Below the pieces are notes generated by a model that did no database searches, was not told the origin of the DNA, and was given only the letters and a program-made list of their open reading frames with translations. Of a stretch of DNA of 40,407 nucleotides, positions 19,742 to 28,144 are shown piece by piece. The position numbers were made by a program, and so were the translations under genes. The stretch is taken from sequence record SRR2962707_3351; one strand, given 5' to 3'. Positions within the stretch are counted from its first letter, which is position 1. Each line of letters begins with the position of its first letter.

Positions 19742-20074
19742 TTATGGGAGTTTAACGTTAACTATGCCGACTACGTTGGAGGCGTAGTCATTAAAAAAGT
19801 GGTATTTACCTGCTTTTAACGGTCCGGTATACACAGATATTTTTCCCTTAGGTACGATGATTTTTTCAAACTTCATGTCGTAGCTTTCAAGCTCTACCAC
19901 CTTGTTTGTGTTGTTGATTAGTTCGATTTTGATGGCTTTATTTGGTGGGGCTGTGAGTGTTTTCGGAGAAAATCCGTCAGCATTGAGTTGCAATTGAAGG
20001 GTAAGTCTTTCTGCGTAAGCCGGTAAGCTAAGTGCTGAAAAGATAGAGGCTAAAAGCAAACAACGTAATAGCAT
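19742..20074 (-). CDS. Periplasmic cupredoxin-domain protein (FtrB/EfeO Cup-like)
   Basis: Signal peptide, FSPKTLTAP, ELESYDMKFEKII, GPLKAGKYHFFNDY. Confidence 0.88.
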   Translation of the reverse strand: MLLRCLLLASIFSALSLPAYAERLTLQLQLNADGFSPKTLTAPPNKAIKIELINNTNKVVELESYDMKFEKIIVPKGKISVYTGPLKAGKYHFFNDYASNVVGIVNVKLP

Positions 20075-20120
20075 GAGGTTTCTCTCTTTGTTTTAGAAAA
20101 GCGAAGGCTTTGTCCAAAGT

Positions 20121-20145
20121 AAATGAGTAGTGATAATTGTTATCA
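20121..20145. promoter_or_regulatory. Fur box upstream of the iron-uptake operon
   Basis: TGATAAT-T-GTTATCA (20131-20145) is one mismatch from the 7-1-7 consensus and is preceded by AAATGAGTAG. Confidence 0.75.
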
Positions 20146-20360
20146 GTACGATTGTTGATTCTCCTGCTTCGCGGTGATCTGCGTCAATTGCATGATGTGT
20201 AATTTCTAGCTTTGTCAGTAATGTTTACCTGACGCACAAATAGTGTAATTAATGGGGGAGAAGAGAATTATGTGGCAAAATAGAGGCCTTAGGTCGGTTC
20301 CTTTCAAAATGAAAGCTGACGCTATCACCCCGTTATTTAGGAAAGTAGAAACCACAGATT

Positions 20361-20699
20361 ATGTCTTATCCTCCTTGTCCAAAGTGCCAGTCTGAGTATG
20401 TTTACCAAGATCAAACGAATTTACTGTGTCCAGAATGTGGTCATGAGTGGAATCCTGAAGAAGTTGCCACAGAGCAAGAAAGCCTGGCGGTCAAAGACGC
20501 CAACGGTACCCTGTTAGCAGAAGGCGATAAGGTCACTCTTGCCAAAGACCTCAAAGTGAAAAGCAGTTCTTTGGTGCTGAAAATAGGCACAAAAGCCGTG
20601 ATCAGGCGCATTTTTGATAAAAAAGATCATCAGCTCGACTGTCGGGTGGATGGTGCTGGCGAAATGATGGTGACCGCTAAGTTCGTGAAAAAAGCCTAG
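20361..20699 (+). CDS. PhnA/YjdM zinc-ribbon protein
   Basis: CPKCQSEYVY, CPECGHEW, VKDANG, GDKVTLAKDLKVK, FVKKA. Confidence 0.92.
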   Translation: MSYPPCPKCQSEYVYQDQTNLLCPECGHEWNPEEVATEQESLAVKDANGTLLAEGDKVTLAKDLKVKSSSLVLKIGTKAVIRRIFDKKDHQLDCRVDGAGEMMVTAKFVKKA

Positions 20700-20741
20700 C
20701 CATATCTTTAGCAGGGAGCGGTAAGAGGTAAACCCCATAAA

Positions 20742-20770
20742 CAAAAACACCAGCCGAGGCTGGTGTTTTT
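20742..20770. terminator. Bidirectional terminator between phnA/yjdM and pgi
   Basis: AAAAACACCAGC-CGAG-GCTGGTGTTTTT. Confidence 0.85.
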
Positions 20771-20818
20771 AGTGGTGCTATCAGAAAACTGAGCGTTTAT
20801 GGCTTAATGATTAGGCCA

Positions 20819-22465
20819 TTAAGCTTGTGCTTTTTTGAAGGCATTGATCAAGGCTTGGGTAGAGGCATCCAGTGCGCTGTTGTCGCTGTCGCTAACAAGG
20901 CGGTTGAAGATGTCGGTTCCCAATACTTTGCCTAGTTCAACACCCCATTGGTCAAATGAGTTGATGCCCCAAATGGTGCCTTGTACAAAAGTACGGTGCT
21001 CATAAAGGGCAATCAATGCACCGACGGTTTCTGGTGTCATTTTATCGGTAAGCAGCGTATTACTTGGACGATTGCCTTTGATCACTTTGTGCGGTGCAAT
21101 GGCTTCGACCTGTTCAGGCGTCGCGCCTGCATCACGCAGTTCTTGTTTTGCTTGTTCAAGCGTTTTGCCGACCATTAAGGCTTGCGACTGACTTAAGCAG
21201 TTAGCGAACAATTGTGCGTGATGATCTTTAATTGGGTTATGCGATGCTAATGGTGCAATGAAGTCCACAGGCACAAGGCGCGTGCCTTGATGCAATAACT
21301 GGTGGTAAGCGTGTTGACCGTTGGTGCCAGCGCCGCCCCAGATGATTGGCCCTGTGTCTGTCTCAACGCCATCGCCATTCAATAAATTCGCTTTACCGTT
21401 ACTTTCCATATCAAGCTGCTGAATATGAGCAGGCATTGCACGTAGGTAGTGGTCATAAGGAATCAAAGCGTGAGTTTGTGCGTTGTGGAAATTGATGTAC
21501 CACACGCCCAAAGCGCCCATGATGACGGGGATGTTTTCTTCAAATGGTGCGGTGCGAAAATGCTCATCCATTTGGTGAGCACCGTCTAGCAGCGCGTAGA
21601 AGTTATCCATGCCAACGGCGATCGCAACCGGCAAGCCAATTGCTGACCAAAGGGAGTAACGTCCGCCCACCCAATCCCACATCGGGAAGATGTTTTCTTT
21701 GGCCATGCCAAACGCAACGGCTTTTTCGACGTTCGAGCTGACCGCAGCAAAGTGCTTGCTAACGGTCTCTTGGGAGCCGCCATTGGCTAAGAACCAATCG
21801 CGTGCTGCATTGGCGTTTGATAAGGTTTCTAGAGTGCCAAACGTCTTAGAAGAGATCACAAAAACGGTGGTTTCTGGATTGAGCTGTTTTAGCTTACCAG
21901 TGATATCGGAGCCATCAATGTTGGCGACGAAATGGACCTTGATGTCGTCTTTTTTGTAGGGTGTAAGCGCTTCCGCTACGACTTTTGGTCCTAGGTAAGA
22001 GCCACCGATACCGATCGAAACCACATCAGTGATGCGCTGATCAGAGTAGCCGCGCCATTCGCCACTGTGTAGCTGCTGAACAAACTTGCCCATTTGCTCT
22101 AGGGTGTCACGAACCTCTGCTAGGACATTAACGCCATCTACCATGAGCGATTCTTGTGCTTGGCTCGCGCGCAAGGCAATGTGCAACACAGAACGGTCTT
22201 CTGTGTTGTTAATGTGTTCGCCGCTGAACATGCCTTTAATCGCCGTCTCTAAACCGGCTTCTTTAACCAGTTCAATTAACAGTGCTAAGGTTTTTTCATT
22301 AACGCGGTTTTTTGCGTAATCTAATGTCCAGCCAGCGGCTTTGGTAGTGTACTTCTCGGCACGATTTTTATCCTTTTCAAACAAGGATTTCATTTCAACA
22401 GAGTCGATTTCTTTTTGGTGCTCTGCCAGTGCTTGCCAAGCACTAAGTTGGGTAGGTGAATGCAT
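20819..22465 (-). CDS. pgi: Glucose-6-phosphate isomerase
   Basis: [48 protein letters not shown]. Confidence 0.98.
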   Translation of the reverse strand: MHSPTQLSAWQALAEHQKEIDSVEMKSLFEKDKNRAEKYTTKAAGWTLDYAKNRVNEKTLALLIELVKEAGLETAIKGMFSGEHINNTEDRSVLHIALRASQAQESLMVDGVNVLAEVRDTLEQMGKFVQQLHSGEWRGYSDQRITDVVSIGIGGSYLGPKVVAEALTPYKKDDIKVHFVANIDGSDITGKLKQLNPETTVFVISSKTFGTLETLSNANAARDWFLANGGSQETVSKHFAAVSSNVEKAVAFGMAKENIFPMWDWVGGRYSLWSAIGLPVAIAVGMDNFYALLDGAHQMDEHFRTAPFEENIPVIMGALGVWYINFHNAQTHALIPYDHYLRAMPAHIQQLDMESNGKANLLNGDGVETDTGPIIWGGAGTNGQHAYHQLLHQGTRLVPVDFIAPLASHNPIKDHHAQLFANCLSQSQALMVGKTLEQAKQELRDAGATPEQVEAIAPHKVIKGNRPSNTLLTDKMTPETVGALIALYEHRTFVQGTIWGINSFDQWGVELGKVLGTDIFNRLVSDSDNSALDASTQALINAFKKAQA

Positions 22466-22492
22466 TACAATCTCCCTTGGTCTTAAAGTGAG

Positions 22493-23344
22493 TTAGGCCA
22501 GTTCAATGCGTATATTGTCGATTAAACGTGCGTTGCCTAGGTATGCCGCGGCCAAAATGACCAGGCTTTTCTCTTCTTCTGACGGTGTTTGTAAATTATC
22601 TTGTGCGCGGATTTCGAAATAATCACGACGGAAACCAGCCGCTTCAAGCTTCTGTTGAGCTTGTTCGCGAATGTCCTCGTGACTCGCACGGTTTTCTAAT
22701 AGCGCGTCTTTTGCCCACAACAAGGTTTGGTACATGGCAGGGGCGATGCGTCTTTCTTCTTCTGTTAGGTAGCCGTTACGCGAACTCATGGCTAAGCCAT
22801 CATCGTTACGCGCAATATCGACGCCAATAATGCGAACGTTAGAACTTAGGTCGCGCACCATATCTTCAATGACTTTAAGTTGCTGAAAGTCTTTGTTGCC
22901 GAATATGGCACAGTCTGGCTGAACAATGTTAAACAATTTTGTCACAACGGTGGAAACACCAACAAAATGTCCTGGGCGAGAAGCGCCACACAAAATATCA
23001 GATAAACCGACAACTTCGATTTGTGTTTGGCTGCGTTTGCCATCTGGGTACATTTCTTTTGCGTCTGGGGCAAATAAGTACTGACAGCCATTGGCCTCAA
23101 GCACTTTTTTGTCTTCTTCTAGTGTTTTTGGGTAGCGCTCTAAGTCTTCGTTTGCGGAAAATTGCATAGGGTTAACGAAGATGGAAGAGACCACTACATC
23201 GCCTTCTGTCACCGCACGTCGAATAAGGGACATGTGGCCATCGTGCAAATTGCCCATGGTTGGCACGAACGCAATGCTTTTGTCTTGTAGGCGTTCTTTT
23301 TTTAGTGCGGCACGAAGTTCAGCAACTGTGTGAAAGGTTTTCAT
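22493..23344 (-). CDS. panC: Pantoate-beta-alanine ligase
   Basis: VPTMGNLHDGH, RPGHF, FGNKDFQQ, GLAMSSRN, RLIDN. Confidence 0.98.
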   Translation of the reverse strand: MKTFHTVAELRAALKKERLQDKSIAFVPTMGNLHDGHMSLIRRAVTEGDVVVSSIFVNPMQFSANEDLERYPKTLEEDKKVLEANGCQYLFAPDAKEMYPDGKRSQTQIEVVGLSDILCGASRPGHFVGVSTVVTKLFNIVQPDCAIFGNKDFQQLKVIEDMVRDLSSNVRIIGVDIARNDDGLAMSSRNGYLTEEERRIAPAMYQTLLWAKDALLENRASHEDIREQAQQKLEAAGFRRDYFEIRAQDNLQTPSEEEKSLVILAAAYLGNARLIDNIRIELA

Positions 23345-24168
23345 GATTTAAATCCGTGTTCTGCTGCAGGGAATTGTTGGTTTTTTACTTCGTAAACATA
23401 GGCTTCAAAAGCGTCTTGGATACTACGGCCGTCGGTTAAAAAGTTCTTCACGAAACGAGGACGTTTGCCTATGTTGGCCCCCAGCATGTCGTGCATAACC
23501 AGCACTTGTCCATCTGTGTGTGGGCCTGCACCAATGCCGATAGTCGGCACGGAAACCGCGTCTGTTAGGGTTTTACCAAGCTCAGTTGGAATGCATTCGT
23601 AAAGCAATACATCGGCACCGGCTTCGACCAAAGCAAGCGAGTCTGCGAGTAATAAGTCTGCCGCTTGCTGGCCTTTACCTTGTACTTTGTAGCCGCCGAG
23701 TTTGTTAACAAACTGAGGCGTTAGACCCAGATGCGCACACACAGGGATGCCACGATTACTGAGCGCTTGAATGATGTCTTTTAGCCAAGCAGCGCCTTCT
23801 ATTTTTACCATGTTGGCACCGGCTTGCATGAGTTTGCCAGCGTTTTCCAGTGCATGTTCGGTGGAGTTGTACGTCATGAAAGACATGTCTGCCAGAATAA
23901 AGGCATTGGTGTTGCCGCGTTTGACTGCCGCCGTGTGGTAACACATGTCTTCAATGGTGACGGGTAACGTGCTGTCGTGCCCCTGAATAACCATGCCAAG
24001 AGAGTCGCCAATCAGAATAGTTTCAACACCTGCTTCGTTCATGACGTGAGTAAAGGTGGCATCATAGCTGGTCAAACAGGTGAACTTTTCTTTGTTTTCC
24101 TTCATTTTTTGAAGATCAGACAAAGAGATTGGACGGCCGAGCTTTTTTTCAGAGTTGTTTGAATACAT
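23341..24168 (-). CDS. panB: 3-methyl-2-oxobutanoate hydroxymethyltransferase
   Basis: LTSYDA, GDSLGM, VKIEG, HLGLTPQ, IGIGAG, DGQVLV. Confidence 0.98.
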   Translation of the reverse strand: MYSNNSEKKLGRPISLSDLQKMKENKEKFTCLTSYDATFTHVMNEAGVETILIGDSLGMVIQGHDSTLPVTIEDMCYHTAAVKRGNTNAFILADMSFMTYNSTEHALENAGKLMQAGANMVKIEGAAWLKDIIQALSNRGIPVCAHLGLTPQFVNKLGGYKVQGKGQQAADLLLADSLALVEAGADVLLYECIPTELGKTLTDAVSVPTIGIGAGPHTDGQVLVMHDMLGANIGKRPRFVKNFLTDGRSIQDAFEAYVYEVKNQQFPAAEHGFKS

Positions 24169-24171
24169 AGA

Positions 24172-24657
24172 TCATTCTTCTTCTATAGAAACCAAATCGC
24201 TGGTATCAAGTTGGCGTAAATGCTCTGCCACGGTTTTGCCGTTAGCCAGAAGCATTTCTGGTGCCAGATCCATAAGGGGACGGATGACGAACCCTCTTTC
24301 TAGCATGTAAGGATGAGGAACAGTGAGGCGAGGTAAATCAATGGTCTCATTGTTATATAGCAATAAATCAAGGTCGAGTGTGCGCGGCCCCCAATGACGT
24401 TCTCGGACGCGATGGTGCGCTTGCTCAATACTTTGCAAGACGTCGAGTAGTTCGATCGGGGTTAGCTGGGTTCGCACGGAAGCCACTGCGTTGACATAGT
24501 CCGGTTGATCCTGAGGACCAACCGGTTTGCTGGAATAGAGTGTGGAAACGTGAAAATCGGCCAAATCTGGGTGTGCAGACAAGTGCTCAATAGCGCTGTG
24601 CATTTGAGCTATTGGCTCTTCTAAATTACTACCAAGTCCAATATAAGCCAGTTTCAC
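24172..24657 (-). CDS. folK: 2-amino-4-hydroxy-6-hydroxymethyldihydropteridine pyrophosphokinase
   Basis: YIGLGSN, QPDYVNA, WGPRTLDLDLL, LTVPHP; GTG start. Confidence 0.97.
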   Translation of the reverse strand: MKLAYIGLGSNLEEPIAQMHSAIEHLSAHPDLADFHVSTLYSSKPVGPQDQPDYVNAVASVRTQLTPIELLDVLQSIEQAHHRVRERHWGPRTLDLDLLLYNNETIDLPRLTVPHPYMLERGFVIRPLMDLAPEMLLANGKTVAEHLRQLDTSDLVSIEEE

Positions 24658-24668
24658 TCTGGTCCCTC

Positions 24669-26099
24669 TTATTCTTCAGGAGTTTCTCTTTGCGGTGCAT
24701 TGCTCTTTTTACGACGACGAGGGCGACGTTTCTTCGGTCCTTCTTTGTCGTTCGCACGAAGGTCAATGCTCTTAATTAGTTCTCTTTGTTCGTTTTCATT
24801 GGCAAATTGGAAAGATTCCCACCATGCGCCAAGGCCACCTAGTTCAGTGCCGCTTAATTCGCGAATCAGCAAGAAATCAAAGGCCGCACGAAAACGAGGG
24901 TGATCAAGCAAGACAAAGGCACGTTTACCGTAGCGCTTTGGTAAGCGGAACTGCATATCCCAAATCTCACGCATTGGCGTTGAGAAGCGTCTAGGGATCG
25001 CAGTAGAAGCCACTTGATTATCCAGTACCATGCTTGCGGCTTGATGAAGTGCTGGAGTCGCAGGCATGCCTTGTGACTGAAATTCTTCATGACGCAGCAC
25101 AACGCTTGGCCACAACATCACGGCATACAAGAAGTAGGGTGCTGTTGTTTTGCCTGTTTGAAGTCGCTTGTCGGTATTTTCTAAACCTTGAAGGATAAAC
25201 GCTTCAGGGTTGAGATCGTCACGTTTCCAGCCGCTAACCAGCAGTGCTTCTGTGTCAGGGAATAAGTACTTGAATAAGCCGTATTGACGTAGCAGATGGA
25301 AGGTTTTGATGCCGTTGCCGCTGCCAAGTAATTTGAGGACTTCTTCAAACAAACGGGCAGGCGGAATATGGTCTAGTAAATGCGCCATTTCTTTGATCGG
25401 GGCGGCGGTTTCTTCGTCAATATCAAAGCCTAATTTACCCGCGAAGCGAATCGCACGTAACATGCGTACAGGGTCTTCTTGGTAGCGTTGTCTCGCGTCG
25501 CCTATGATGCGAATTTTTTTATTCGCAATGTCTTCTAGGCCGCCACAATAATCGTGGATGCTAAAATCTTGGACATTGTAATACAGGGCGTTAAAAGTAA
25601 AGTCGCGACGTTCGGCGTCTTCTTCAATGCTGCCGTACACGTTGTCACGTAGCACGATGCCATGGGCAGAGCGGGCTGAGTCTTTCCCTTTCAGGGACTC
25701 TTGTGGCTTGCTTGCACTGTCTTCTTGAGCGGAGGGTGCTCGGAAGGTAGAGACTTCGATAATCTCACGGCCAAATGTCACGTGAACAAGGCGAAAGCGT
25801 CGGCCAATGAGTCGTGAATTTGAGAAAAGGTCGTGGATTTCTTCTGGGGTCGCGTTCGTCACGACATCGAAATCTTTCGCGTCAACACCAATAAGGTGGT
25901 CGCGAATACAGCCACCAACAAGGTAAGCATCGAAGCCAGCTTTGTTTAGGCGATAGAGAACTTTGACTGCGTTCGGGCTTAAATTTTGGCGAGATAAGCT
26001 GTGATCGCTGCGCGGAATAATAATGGGGTAAGTCTGAGCCTTTGGGGAGGCAAAGATTGAGGTGGCTTTACGTACCAGAGATTTTAATCCTGTAAGCAT
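24669..26099 (-). CDS. pcnB: Poly(A) polymerase I
   Basis: LVGGCIRD, KDFDV, the PAP signature LIGRRFRLVHV, RRDFT, EDPVRMLRA, and a basic C-terminal tail. Confidence 0.97.
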   Translation of the reverse strand: MLTGLKSLVRKATSIFASPKAQTYPIIIPRSDHSLSRQNLSPNAVKVLYRLNKAGFDAYLVGGCIRDHLIGVDAKDFDVVTNATPEEIHDLFSNSRLIGRRFRLVHVTFGREIIEVSTFRAPSAQEDSASKPQESLKGKDSARSAHGIVLRDNVYGSIEEDAERRDFTFNALYYNVQDFSIHDYCGGLEDIANKKIRIIGDARQRYQEDPVRMLRAIRFAGKLGFDIDEETAAPIKEMAHLLDHIPPARLFEEVLKLLGSGNGIKTFHLLRQYGLFKYLFPDTEALLVSGWKRDDLNPEAFILQGLENTDKRLQTGKTTAPYFLYAVMLWPSVVLRHEEFQSQGMPATPALHQAASMVLDNQVASTAIPRRFSTPMREIWDMQFRLPKRYGKRAFVLLDHPRFRAAFDFLLIRELSGTELGGLGAWWESFQFANENEQRELIKSIDLRANDKEGPKKRRPRRRKKSNAPQRETPEE

Positions 26100-26211
26100 T
26101 AGACGACAAATTTTAGTTAGCGAAAACTGTATTCTACACGTGTGGCTAAAAAGTTACACGAGTATTAGAGTATTCAAATTGGAAGATTTTAGTGTGACGA
26201 GCGTAGGGGGG

Positions 26212-26514
26212 AAGCGATTATTCAAAAACAAAATAATCGCTTTGGATACATGAAGATACTAGTTCCGAAAACAAAGTGGGTGCTGCTTATGCAGTTCTAC
26301 TCAGGTTTTATTTTTATTATTGCAATGTTTTCATTGCCCGAAGGCTTCTATATCTAAAAAAATCAATTATCCAAAGCGATTTTCTATCCATAGCCTCAAG
26401 TTTTTATTTTTGTTTTAAGAGGCTACGGTGTTCTTATATTTTATTTTTATTGTTAAGAACTTACACACGACGACTAACTTATTCTTATTCTTGGTCAATC
26501 TTATTATCGTTGTG
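26212..26514 (-). ncRNA. CrcZ-like Hfq/Crc-sequestering small RNA (about 300 nt; ends approximate)
   Basis: Located between the cbrB-like gene and pcnB; sigma54 promoter; five AAN-repeat tracts (26500-13, 26478-92, 26437-54, 26401-16, 26306-21); several hairpins; no credible ORF. Confidence 0.75.
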
Positions 26515-26525
26515 ATCTATATAAG

Positions 26526-26540
26526 GCATTTCTTGTGCCA
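26526..26540 (-). promoter_or_regulatory. Sigma54 (-24/-12) promoter
   Basis: Minus strand TGGCAC-AAGAA-ATGC against consensus TGGCAC-N5-TTGC; predicts a TSS near 26514. Confidence 0.85.
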
Positions 26541-26547
26541 AAAATGA

Positions 26548-26560
26548 TAATTCATTGAAT
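26548..26560 (-). promoter_or_regulatory. Candidate IHF site between enhancer and sigma54 promoter
   Basis: Minus strand ATTCAATGAATTA, one mismatch to WATCAANNNNTTR, in an AT-rich spacer. Confidence 0.45.
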
Positions 26561-26618
26561 TGTATAGGATTTGCCATTTTGTTGTTCATATTTTTTACAA
26601 TATCTTGCTTATTTTTTG

Positions 26619-26655
26619 TGTTATTTGGTAACAAGTGTTACTTATCGTTTGTTAC
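26619..26655. promoter_or_regulatory. Candidate CbrB-type upstream activating sequence
   Basis: Plus strand TGTTAT (26619), GTAACA (26628), TGTTAC (26636), TGTTAC (26650), about 105-140 bp upstream of the predicted TSS. Confidence 0.65.
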
Positions 26656-28053
26656 TTTTTTGGGTATGCCAAGTTTTTGTCGTCTTTCCCACAAGCTTTT
26701 TCTAGAGATGCCCAAAGATTGTGCAAGTTGGGTCTCGGTCATCTTGTGTTGGTGCGTCAGAACAAAATGTTTGAAGTAATCGTCCAGCGTGGTGCCATCT
26801 AATGGTGTAGATAGTTCAGCGCTTGTGGTGTTCGCTTTAGGGCTGGCTAAATGGCTTGCTAGCTTTAGGTTGGCCGCCTCTACTCTATGAGTAGGGCTGA
26901 GAATAACGGCGCGTTCGATGGCGTTTTCGAGCTCTCGTACATTGCCAGGCCAATTGTGGGCGCGAATCGCTTTATCAAACTCTTTGTTGTAATCCAACGC
27001 GGCGCGATTGTGTTTTTTGCAGGCCTTTTCAAGCAGGAATTTGGCGATCATAGAAATGTCGTCGCTGCGCTCACGTAAAGGCGGAATAAGCAGTTCCATG
27101 ACATAGAGGCGGTAATACAAATCTTCTCGGAAATAGCCCTTGCGGACCATGTCGATTAGATCTCTGTGTGTCGCCGTGACTAAGCGGACATTGACCTTGG
27201 TCGATTGAATGGCGCCCACACGGCGTATTTCACCTTCTTGCAGGACGCGCAATAATCTAGCTTGGGCTTCAAGGGGTAGCTCACCTATTTCATCGAGGAA
27301 GAGTGTGCCATTGTCCGCTGCGAAAATAAGCCCGTCGCGGGCAGAAACCGCACCGGTAAAGGCGCCTTTCTCATGACCAAATAACTCTGATTCTATTAGG
27401 TTTTCTGGGATGGCGGCGCAGTTTACGCTGATCAAAGGGTTGTCATGTCTGGTGCTTAAATTATGCAGGGCTTTCGCCACCAACTCCTTACCGGTTCCTG
27501 ATTCGCCGCGGATCAGTACGGTCACATCTGTACCAGCGACTTTTCTGATGTCGCTGAAGAGTTCTTGCATGGGAGGGCAGTTGCCTATAATGCCGCTGTC
27601 TAAGGCGCCTAAGTTTTCCGCTTCCTCTTCTTTTTCGGAGCGCGCAAACAAGAGTGGCGCCGCGAGCTCAGGTTCTGATTCGGCGTTTTGTTTGTGTTGT
27701 GGCGTGGTGTTTTCTAAGGCATCAATAACGTGTTTTAAAAGCTGTTCTGAGTCAGTCGGCAAGGGGAGATAATATTTTGCACCCATTGCCATCGCGTCTA
27801 TACCGTTATTGAGGCTAGGGCGAGCGTCTAAGACTAGGCGCGGCGGTGTGCCTGCTAGTGCCGATTGGGTGTTTTCTAATGCGGCTAGAATGACTTGATC
27901 AATCAGCAAAAGGTCAAAGTCTGCCAGCTCGTAATACTTGTTCGCTTGCTCAAGGGAGTAGCTTAAGTTGACTTGAAATCCGTAGCGAGAAAGCCAGCGG
28001 TCTGCGTCTTTGAGTGGTGAGTCTTCAGGACAGATTATCATTATATGATGCAT
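26638..28053 (-). CDS. cbrB: Sigma54-dependent activator, CbrB-like, with a degenerate receiver domain
   Basis: GESGTGKE, ESELFGHEKGAFTGA, LFLDEIGE, WPGNVREL; CbrB-type tail MTETQLAQSLGISRKSLWERRQKLGIP; position between gluQ and pcnB. Start is ATG 28053 or GTG 28065. Confidence 0.85.
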   Translation of the reverse strand: MHHIMIICPEDSPLKDADRWLSRYGFQVNLSYSLEQANKYYELADFDLLLIDQVILAALENTQSALAGTPPRLVLDARPSLNNGIDAMAMGAKYYLPLPTDSEQLLKHVIDALENTTPQHKQNAESEPELAAPLLFARSEKEEEAENLGALDSGIIGNCPPMQELFSDIRKVAGTDVTVLIRGESGTGKELVAKALHNLSTRHDNPLISVNCAAIPENLIESELFGHEKGAFTGAVSARDGLIFAADNGTLFLDEIGELPLEAQARLLRVLQEGEIRRVGAIQSTKVNVRLVTATHRDLIDMVRKGYFREDLYYRLYVMELLIPPLRERSDDISMIAKFLLEKACKKHNRAALDYNKEFDKAIRAHNWPGNVRELENAIERAVILSPTHRVEAANLKLASHLASPKANTTSAELSTPLDGTTLDDYFKHFVLTHQHKMTETQLAQSLGISRKSLWERRQKLGIPKKVTNDK

Positions 28054-28144
28054 TTCAGGTGTCACCTCTTGTAACCAATGTAACGATTATACACATCGGC
28101 CGGTTAACAGCTAGAGCAGAGTAGGTGTGTCTGTGCTGGAAGCC

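Noticed and set aside
16545-20818. Prophage, IS or integron explanation for the accessory patch
   Set aside because: No integrase or transposase, terminal inverted repeats or attC-like sites are evident.
26300-26515. Repeated A-rich tracts as a CRISPR array or a CsrB/RsmZ-type RNA
   Set aside because: No constant-length repeat-spacer period, no cas genes, and no series of GGA-loop hairpins.
26062-26779. Plus-strand ORFs 26062-26253, 26276-26515 and 26555-26779
   Set aside because: F/Y/L/I-rich translations of T-rich DNA antisense to the sRNA and its promoter; no SD or family motif.
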